From the NCBI GenBank assembly GCA_963771745.1, contig CAVYUU010000010.1, positions 139,501 to 203,500 on the forward strand: a stretch of 64,000 bases of DNA. The letters are read 5' to 3'. The notes under the pieces are model-generated. The model did no database searches. It was not told where the DNA came from and saw only the letters and a program-made list of their open reading frames with translations. Origin of the DNA: an uncultured Alphaproteobacteria bacterium (GTDB lineage: Bacteria > Pseudomonadota > Alphaproteobacteria > Rhizobiales > Xanthobacteraceae). Positions 56,595 through 64,000 of the stretch are shown one piece after another (position 1 is the first letter of the stretch; every line of letters starts with the position of its first letter). A program made the translations under genes and the position numbers.

Positions 56595-56936
56595 CTACAC
56601 CACGGCGTCGACCACGATCTCCACCAGCGTGTCGCCTTCCAGCGTCACCGCGACGCACGCGCGCATCGGCGGGCTGTTGCGGTCGGCCCATTCGTCCCAG
56701 GCGCGGTTCATCTCGGGCTTCCGCGCCATGTCGGCGATGTAGACGATCGCCTTGAGGATGCGGCTCTTGTCGGTGCCGGCCTCGCGCAGTGTCGCGTCGA
56801 TATGGGCGAGCGCACTCTTGGCCTGCCGGTACATGTCTGGCTGCTTGTCGGTGACGAACGACACTGCGTGGACATGGCCGTTGTGGATGACGGCGCGGCT
56901 GCGGGTCGGATGCGGGCCGGCCAGATGCTTGATCAT
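56595..56936 (-). CDS. RidA/YjgF family protein
   Basis: RSRAVIHNG, QAKSALAHIDATLREAGTDKSRIL, MNRAWDEW, PPMRACV, LVEIVV. Confidence 0.9.
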   Translation of the reverse strand: MIKHLAGPHPTRSRAVIHNGHVHAVSFVTDKQPDMYRQAKSALAHIDATLREAGTDKSRILKAIVYIADMARKPEMNRAWDEWADRNSPPMRACVAVTLEGDTLVEIVVDAVV

Positions 56937-57063
56937 GCGTGGCTCTCCTGCCGAAGCGATGGATCTCGCTCCGCGTCGCCATCCTACGCGCGATTATCTT
57001 TGACTTTATTCCCAGGAGCGCCGGGGCGGCGCGATGCCATGCGCCCGGCTGGGTTCGGGAGCC

Positions 57064-57088
57064 GGAACCAATCCGGCGTTGCCCGGTT
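57064..57088 (+). promoter_or_regulatory. EcfG/SigT-type (general stress response) promoter
   Basis: GGAAC (57064-57068), 17 nt, GTT (57086-57088), 23 nt before the DUF1328 start codon. Confidence 0.65.
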
Positions 57089-57111
57089 ACAAGTTCCGAA
57101 AGGAACCTGCC

Positions 57112-57297
57112 ATGTCATTGCTGAAATGGGCGCTGATCATGCTGGTGGTGTCGCTGCTTGCGGCACTGTTCGGCTTCACCGACCTCGCGGCTGCGAGCGC
57201 TGATGTCGCTCGCGTGCTGTTCTACATCTTCGCCGTCATCTTCCTGGTGTTGCTGATCCTCGGCGTCATGGGCGCCCGGACGGTACGCGGACCCTGA
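57112..57297 (+). CDS. DUF1328 (UPF0391) small membrane protein
   Basis: [51 protein letters not shown]; AAGGA RBS. Confidence 0.9.
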   Translation: MSLLKWALIMLVVSLLAALFGFTDLAAASADVARVLFYIFAVIFLVLLILGVMGARTVRGP

Positions 57298-57753
57298 CGG
57301 CTCCGCCGCCTCCGCCAACCGCGAGAAGGCTCGCCACGGGGACGCATTGCGCTGCAACGCGTGCGCCCTGGCGCGGCGCAGCATGGGCGCAGTTGGAACG
57401 AGGTGTTGCTGACCCGGGATGCCGGGTTCCTCGGCGTCATTTCCAGGAAAGCCTGCCGATCAAGGTAGTCGATTTTTCCACAGGAAGCCTCCGCCTAAGG
57501 ATGAAAACCAGCCAAAAATGTTGCGTGTTTGTCACACTACCGAATTGTTCCGTGAATTTGAGTGGAATCGCCTAAAAAGGCAGCAAATGCTGAGCGTTTC
57601 GCCTTGTCGCACATGTGCGCTGCGTGATGAATTTCGCTCATAAGAATTCAGTGGGCGTGGGTGTCGGTTGATGTCACGAGGCGAATTCGCGTTTCGGAGA
57701 CCTCGGTGAGATCGGCCCCAAACCCACCCGACACGACGGGAAGGGGCTGATTC

Positions 57754-58728
57754 ATGAAGACGTTCACGCTCGCGGCCATCGCCGCACTCGCTATCTCGAC
57801 CGCGCCCGCGTTCGCGGCCGATATGCCGGTCAAGGCCAAGCCCATCGCCGCGCCGCCGCCGCCGGCGTGGGACATCGCGTTCGGCGCAGCCGTGATGAGC
57901 GACTACAACTTCCGCGGCATCTCGCAATCGGACCGGCGGCCGTCGGTGAACGCCTATTTCGAGCCGCGCTACAACATCAACGAGAACTTCCAGCTCTACG
58001 CCGGCGTCGGCGGCTACAGCATCGCGTTCCCGAACAACGCCGCGGCCGAGATCGACTTCTACGGCGGCATCCGTCCGACCTTCGGCAAGCTCGCGCTCGA
58101 TTTCGGCGTTTGGTACTACTACTATCCGAGCGGCCGGACGTTCACCGGCATCAACGGCGGCGGCCCGCCCTTCACGCCTGACGTGAACTGCACGAACCTG
58201 TTCATCGGCTTCAACGCCGCGTGCAACGGCATCAAGAACAACCTCAGCTTCGTCGAGTTCTACGGCAAGGCGACCTACAGCATCACCGACACCTTCGCGG
58301 TCGGCGTTGCGCTGTACTACGATCCGAGCTGGCTGAACTCGGGCGCCCAGGCCTGGTATGCGTCGGGCAACGCCAAATACACGCTCCCGACGCATGCGAG
58401 CGGCATCGGCGGTTACATCTCCGGCGAATTCAGCCGCTACTTCCTCGGCACCACCGACGCCTTCTACGCCTTCACCGATCTGCCCGACTACTACACCTGG
58501 AACATCGGCTTCGGCCTGACCTACAAGGTGTTCACGCTCGACTTCCGCTACTACGACACCGACCTGAACAAGGCGAACTGCAACGTTCTGACCGGCGACC
58601 ACACCGCATCGCTGTCGCTGAGCAACGTCACGGCGATCAACCCGAGCGGGCTCGGCTCGAACTGGTGCGGCGCGGCGTTCATCGTGGCGCTCAAGGCCGA
58701 TCTGACGCTCAACACCAACGTCAAGTAA
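57754..58728 (+). CDS. TorF family putative outer-membrane porin
   Basis: Signal peptide then ADMPVKA; SDYNFRGISQS, EIDFYGGIRPTF, alternating aromatic beta-strands, DFRYYDTDL. Confidence 0.87.
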   Translation: MKTFTLAAIAALAISTAPAFAADMPVKAKPIAAPPPPAWDIAFGAAVMSDYNFRGISQSDRRPSVNAYFEPRYNINENFQLYAGVGGYSIAFPNNAAAEIDFYGGIRPTFGKLALDFGVWYYYYPSGRTFTGINGGGPPFTPDVNCTNLFIGFNAACNGIKNNLSFVEFYGKATYSITDTFAVGVALYYDPSWLNSGAQAWYASGNAKYTLPTHASGIGGYISGEFSRYFLGTTDAFYAFTDLPDYYTWNIGFGLTYKVFTLDFRYYDTDLNKANCNVLTGDHTASLSLSNVTAINPSGLGSNWCGAAFIVALKADLTLNTNVK

Positions 58729-58751
58729 TTCACGTCAGCCTTAAAAGTTCG

Positions 58752-58782
58752 AGGGCGGCAGCGCAGGCGCCGCCGCCCTTTT
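58752..58782 (+). terminator. Rho-independent terminator after the porin
   Basis: AGGGCGGC...GCCGCCCT followed by TTT. Confidence 0.7.
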
Positions 58783-58831
58783 CGTGCCGGACCGCGCGCC
58801 GGCGCACGCCATGACGCGAACGCTGCTTCGG

Positions 58832-60590
58832 TCACTCCGCCGCCGGCTGCGCGGCCGCTTCGCTGCACTCGAGCGCGGCCATTGTCGCGCTCGAGCGTGA
58901 GCCGCCGGCGGTGGAACGCTGCAAGCGTCGCGCGGTGGCCGATCGACACGATGGTGGCGGCCGGCAAGCGCTGCTGCAGCAGCCGGTAGAGCATCTCCTC
59001 GGACGGCTCGTCGAGCGAGGCCGTGGCCTCGTCGAGAAACAGGAAGTCCGGGGCTTGCAGCAGGGCACGGGCGATGCCGAGCCGCTGCTGCTCGCCAGGC
59101 GACAGCATCCGGTTCCAGTGCGCCTCCTCGTCGAGCCGCGGCACCAGCGCCGGCAGCCCGACGGCGCGGACCGCATCCGCCAGCCGCTCGCGGTCGTAGG
59201 TGCCGGGCTCGGCCGGATAGGTGATCGCGGCGGCGAGCGTGGCGATCGGGAAATACGGGCGCTGCGGCAGCATCATCACCCGCGCGTTGCTGCGGCACCA
59301 CCACGCGGCCGGAGCCGAACGGCCAGATGCCGGCGATGGCGCGGAACAGCGTGGACTTGCCGGAGCCCGACGGGCCGGTCAGCAGCACGCGCTCGCCGGC
59401 CTGTAGCGCGATGTGGTCGGCGGCGAGCAGCGGCGCGCCGGTCGGCAGGTTCACCGCAAGGTCGTCGAGCTCGACCGCCGACCGGTCGCCAGCGGCTGCA
59501 CCTCGATCACCGGCGGCGTGTGGGCGGCGGCGCGCGCCGCCATCACGGCGAGCCCAAAGCCGTCGAGGCGCTGGATGACCGCGCGCCATTCGGCGAACTG
59601 GCGATAGATCGAGGAGCTGACAAAGAACGACAGCGATCTTTGCACGCTGTTGAAGGCCGACGCGGTCTGCATCAGCCCGCCGAGCTGGATCGTCCCGGCG
59701 AAATAGGCCGGGCTGACCACGACGTAGGGAAACACGGTCGAGATCTGCGAGAAGCCCGCGGTGAAGAACGTCAGCCGCTTGGTGCGGCTCATGATCAGCA
59801 TCCAGTTGGCGGCCAGCGCGCCCGAATCGTTCGAGCAGGCGTTGCTTCTCCGCGGGCTCGCCGGCCAGCAAGGCGATCTGCTCGGAATTCTCCCGCACCC
59901 GCACGAGATTGTAGCGGAAGTCGGCCTCGTAGCGTTGCTGCATGAAGTTGAGGCCGATCAGCGCGCGGCCGATCCATTGCGTGAGCACGGTGCCGAGGAC
60001 CGAATAGATCAGCGCCGCCCACACCAGATAGCCCGGAACCGCCCAATCGATGCCGAACAGGGTGAAGGGTGCGGACGCCGACAGCGACCCAAAGGATGGC
60101 GACGAACGAGCCGAGCGTGACGACCGCGTTGAGCAGGCCGAGCCCGAGAGTCAGACCCCTTTCGATGAACAGCTTGATGTCTTCGGCAATGCGCTGGTCG
60201 GGGTTGTCGGCGGCATCGCCGAGCAGCTGCATGCGGTAGTGGTTGGCGTCGTCGAGCCAGTCGCCGAGATAGGCCCTGGTCATCCAGTCCGCCAGCGGAT
60301 CTGCAGCCATTGGTTGAGGTAGAGCTGATAGACCGCGAGCACGATGAAGGCCGCCGCCAGCAGGCAGAAGAACATCAGCTCGCTGACGAACGCATCCCAG
60401 TTGCGGTCCTGCAGCGCGTTGTAGAAGCGGTTGTTCCACTGGTTGATGCAGCACGTCGATGCCGACGAGCGAGAGTTCGATCGCGACCACGGCCGCAAGC
60501 AGGGCGCAGCCCGGCCTTGCGGTCCTCGGAACGAAAATAGGGGATGGCGAGCCGCCAGATGGTGGCGAGCGTCGAGGCAAGACCTGTCAC
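58832..60590 (-). CDS. Fused ABC permease/ATPase, YddA/BclA/ExsE (ABC_membrane_2) family; several frameshifts
   Basis: NQWNNRFYNALQ, QWLQIRWR, DNPDQRIAEDI, EADFRYNLVRVRENSEQIAL, GPSGSGKSTL, LSPGEQQRL, FLDEATA, SIGHR. Confidence 0.9.
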
Positions 60591-60883
60591 GGGCTGAAAC
60601 TCCTATGGGCCGGCCAAACGGCGTTGGTCGTGGCGCCGCAGTGGCCGTGCCACTGAGACGATTCGCCCCGGCATGCCTCGCAAAATAGGCCCGATCGGGC
60701 CGTTCCGGGAGGGCCCACGGGCTTGTGGAAAGCACCTGAGGCGCTAAAAGTATCTGCCTGAGCCGGCGGAAGTTTGCGTGACGCCGGCGGAATAGCATGC
60801 CGCCATCGGCGGTTATTAGTCGTGGTGCAGGTGGCTGACGGTCGCGCAGCCCAAAAACCCAATCCAGGGAGGAGACTGAACTC

Positions 60884-62025
60884 ATGAGCAAGAAAACCGA
60901 TCCATCAAAGGTCACGACCCGCCGGCGGTTCGTGATGGCGGCCGGCGCGACCGCAGCATCGCACGCTCGCCGCGCCCGCGGTCCAGGCCCAGTCGGGCCC
61001 GATCAGCATGCGCTGGCAGAGCACGTGGCCGTCGAAGGACATCTTCCACGAATACGCGCAACGACTTCGGCAAGAAGGTCAACGACATGACCGGCGGCGA
61101 CCTCAAGATCGAGGTGCTGCCGGCCGGCGCCGTGGTGCCGGCGTTCCAACTGCTCGACGCCGTCTCCAAGGGCGTGCTCGACGGCGGCCACGGCGTGCTG
61201 GTCTATCACTACGGCAAGCAGAACGCGCTGGCGCTGTGGGGCTCGGGTCCGGGCTACGCCATGGACGCCAACATGCTGCTGTCCTGGCACAAGTACGGCG
61301 GCGGCAAGGAGCTGCTGAACGAGATCTTCACCTCGATCGGCGCCAACGTCGTGTCGTTCCCGTACGGCCCGATGCCGACCCAGCCGCTCGGCTGGTACAA
61401 GAAGCCGATCACCAAGGTCGACGACTTCAAGGGCCTGAAGTTCCGCACCGTCGGCATCTCGATTGACGTGTTCACCGGCATGGGCGCCGCGGTCAACGCG
61501 CTGCCCGGCGGCGAAATCGTCGCGGCGATGGACCGCGGCCTGCTCGACGCCGCCGAGTTCAACAACGCCACGTCGGACCGCATCCTCGGCTTCGCCGACG
61601 TCTCCAAGGTCTACATGCTGCAGAGCTATCATCAGAACGCCGAGCAGTTCGAAATTTCGTTCAACAAGACGAAGTTCGATGCGCTGCCGCCCAAGATCAA
61701 GGCGATCATCGAGAACGCCGTCGAGGCGGCTTCGCAGGACATGTCCTGGAAGGCGATCGACCGCTACTCGAAGGACTACATCGAGCTGCAGACCAAGGAC
61801 AACGTCAAGGTCTACAAGACGCCGGACGCGGTCCTGAAGCGCCAGCTCGAGATCTTCGACGAGGTCGCCAAGAAGAACGCGGCGGCCAATCCGCTGTTCA
61901 AGAAGATCGTCGAATCGCAACTGGCGTTCGCCAAGCGCGCGACGCAGTGGGAGCAGGACACCGTCGTCAGCCGCAAGATGGCGTTCGATCACTACTTCGG
62001 ACCGAACGCGAAGAAGCCGATCTGA
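60884..62025 (+). CDS. TRAP substrate-binding protein, TakP-like (alpha-keto acid), Tat signal; N-terminal frameshifts
   Basis: TTRRRFV twin-arginine leader; MRWQSTWP, GDLKIEVLPAGAVV, QPLGWY, GLKFRTVG, LDAAEFNN. Confidence 0.9.
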
Positions 62026-62043
62026 CGGCAGCGCTGAACTGGC

Positions 62044-62079
62044 AAAGCACCATTCCGCTGGGCGACCGGATGGTGCTTT
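62044..62079 (+). terminator. Intra-operon terminator/stabiliser hairpin after the TRAP SBP
   Basis: AAAGCACCATTCCG-loop-CGGATGGTGCTTT followed by a T-rich run. Confidence 0.7.
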
Positions 62080-62129
62080 GTTATTATTTTGTTTATTACC
62101 AAGCCTATTTCGCGCTGGAGCGGGCATGA

Positions 62130-62799
62130 ATGAACGTCCAAGGCCTCCTTCACACCATCGACGGCATCAGCACCTGGGTCGGCAAGGCGTTTGCCTGGCT
62201 GATCGTCGTGCTGATGGGCGTCGTCTGCATCGAGGTGTTCAAGCGCTACGTCCTGAACGCGCCGACGGCGTGGATTTTCGACGCTCGAAAACATGCTTTA
62301 CGGCACGCTGTTCATGATGTGCGGCGCCTATACGCTGGCGCAGAACGCGCATGTGCGCGGCGACTTTCTCTACAGCTCGATGCGGCCGCGCACGCAGGCG
62401 GGGCTCGATCTGTTCCTGTACATCGTGTTCTTCATTCCCGGCATCGCCGCGCTGATCTATTCCGGCTGGATCTTCGCCGTTGAATCCTGGACGATCAACG
62501 AGCATTCGACCGTGACCGCGAACGGGCCGCCGGTCTGGCAATTCAAGTTCATGATCCCCCTCGCCGGCGTCCTGGTGATGCTCCAGGGCCTTGCCGAAAT
62601 CGTGCGCTGCGTCGTCTGCCTGCGGACCGGCGAATGGCCGAGCCGGCTCAAGGACGTGACCGAAATCGACGTCGTCGAGGAGCAGCTCGCGCACAGCGAA
62701 TATGTCGACGAGGAAGCGCGCAAGGTCGCGATCGAGCGCGCCAAGAATATCGACGAGATCGCGCGCCAGCGCGGCATGGGCGGAGATCTCCAAACATGA
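62130..62799 (+). CDS. dctQ: TRAP small permease, frameshift at about 62282
   Basis: IDGISTWVGKAFAW, LNAPTAW, AHVRGDFLY, PPVWQFK. Confidence 0.88.
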
Positions 62800-64000
62800 G
62801 CGATCCCGCACTCGGGCTCTTGATGCTCGGCCTCATCGTGGTCGTGATCATGATGGGGTTCCCGACGGCCTTCACGCTGATGGGCCTCGGCATGTTGTTC
62901 GGCTACATCGCGTTTTACGATGCCGCACGCAGCTGTTCACCGAAAACAAGGTCTTCGACCTGATGGTCCAGCGCACCTACGGCGCGATGACCAACGACGT
63001 GCTCGATTTCCATCCCGCTGTTCGTGCTGATGGGCTACGTGATGGAGCGCGGCGCGCTGGTCGACAAGATGTTCTATTCGATCCAGCTCGCGTTCCGCCG
63101 GGTGCCGGCTTCGCTTGCGGTCGCGACGCTGATCGTCTGCACGTTCTGGGGCATCGCCTCGGGCCTGGTCGGCGCCGTCGTCGTGCTGATGGGCGTCATC
63201 GCCTTCAACCCGATGCTGAAGGCCGGCTATGACGTCAAGCTCGCCTCCGGCGTCATCACCGCCGGCGGCACGCTCGGCATTCTCATTCCGCCCTCGGTGA
63301 TGATCATCGTCTACGCCGCGGTGGCCGGGCAATCGGTCGTCAAGCTTTATGCGGCGGCGATGTTCCCGGGCTTCTTCCTGGCGTTCCTGTATCTCATCTA
63401 CATCATCGGCTGGGCGATGATCAATCCGAAGATCGCGCCGCCGCTGCCGGAAGAACAGACGCGCGTGCCGGTGCCGGACTGGATGCGAAAATTCCAGGCG
63501 GCCTATTCGCGCAACGTGTTCGTCGGCCTTGCTTCGGCTTTGGTTTCGCCGTCCCGCGCGATGGCGATCGAAACCGAAAACGGCCGCCTGAGCTATGCGA
63601 CGCTGCTCAAGAATTTCGGCTACTCGCTGGTGCCGTTCATCATTGTCGCCGGCACGCTCTGCGCTGACTTGGTGGTACGTGGTCATCCACCCGCAGGGCG
63701 CCGACCAGACGGTCTACGAGGGCGTGCAGCAGCTCGGAACGCCGGGGATCGCGCACGAAGGAAGCGGCCGCTGTATGGGCCGCCGCAAGCCTTCTATTGG
63801 TGGTTCGGCGCCATCGCGCTGGTCTGCGCGTTGTGGCAGATCCGGTATTATTCGCGGCTCGATGCCGACCGGCTTGAGGTCATCAAGCTGTTGTCGACGT
63901 CGATCATGCCGCTCGGCCTCCTGACCGTCGTCGTTCTGGGCGTCATCCTGTTCGGAATCACGACGGCGACCGAATCCGCCGGCGTCGGCGCTGCCGGCGC
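62796..64000 (+). CDS. dctM: TRAP large permease (runs off the right edge; frameshifts)
   Basis: MSDPALGLLML, SIPLFVLMGYVMERG, AGGTLGILIPPSVM, ATESAGVG; ATGA overlap with dctQ. Confidence 0.9.

Noticed and set aside
57034-57111. N-terminal extension of the DUF1328 ORF (start 57034)
   Set aside because: The extension covers the promoter; the RBS and family length support ATG 57112.
1-64000. Programmed ribosomal frameshifting or genuine pseudogenes as the cause of split genes
   Set aside because: No consistent slippery heptamers seen; the breaks affect many unrelated housekeeping-type genes, with no accompanying nonsense mutations or decay.
1-64000. rRNA, tRNA, prophage, integrase, transposase or known defence systems other than the TA pair
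   Set aside because: No recognisable sequence or protein motifs found by eye; a tRNAscan/Infernal/DefenseFinder run would be needed to exclude small or divergent elements.

Overview
A GC-rich, mostly metabolic chromosomal window. Gene content and repeat families point to an alphaproteobacterium of the Hyphomicrobiales (Xanthobacteraceae/Nitrobacteraceae-like); this is an inference. About 20 otherwise intact genes carry single-base indels, most consistent with unpolished long-read errors, so many ORFs in the track are fragments, chimeras or antisense shadows, and I re-assembled genes across frames. In order: polyamine operon (ornithine/lysine decarboxylase, GNAT, homospermidine synthase) behind a long speF-type leader; atypical isocitrate-lyase-family enzyme; signal-less ModA-fold protein; five orphan Bug/TctC solute-binding proteins; Tat-exported IorAB-type Mo enzyme; Dcp; GGT; cupin and amidohydrolase; DUF1007 plus His-rich Ni/Co transporter; FAD monooxygenase; cobalt-type nitrile hydratase operon with an extra gene between alpha and beta; orphan TRAP QM; SDR and acyl-CoA dehydrogenase; HWE kinase; class II aldolase; fused indolepyruvate:ferredoxin oxidoreductase; PPP phosphatase inside an SBP operon; secreted lysozyme-like hypothetical; Phd-VapC toxin-antitoxin pair; orphan CoxL-like; acyl-CoA ligase/HAAT ABC cluster; glcEF without glcD; histone-H1-like basic protein; signal-less NMT1-fold protein; ketopantoate-reductase-like protein; RidA; DUF1328; TorF porin; YddA/BclA-type ABC; TakP-type TRAP system. 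Several REP/RIME-like palindrome families occupy intergenic gaps. I saw no rRNA, tRNA, CRISPR array, transposase, integrase or phage gene. Best leads: an Arg-rare-codon uORF in the speF leader, two cytoplasmic SBP-fold proteins that may be enzymes, the non-canonical ICL-family active site, a divergent lytic-transglycosylase-like secreted protein, the extra gene in the nitrile hydratase operon, and the H1-like protein. All family calls come from motif recognition by eye; no searches were run.
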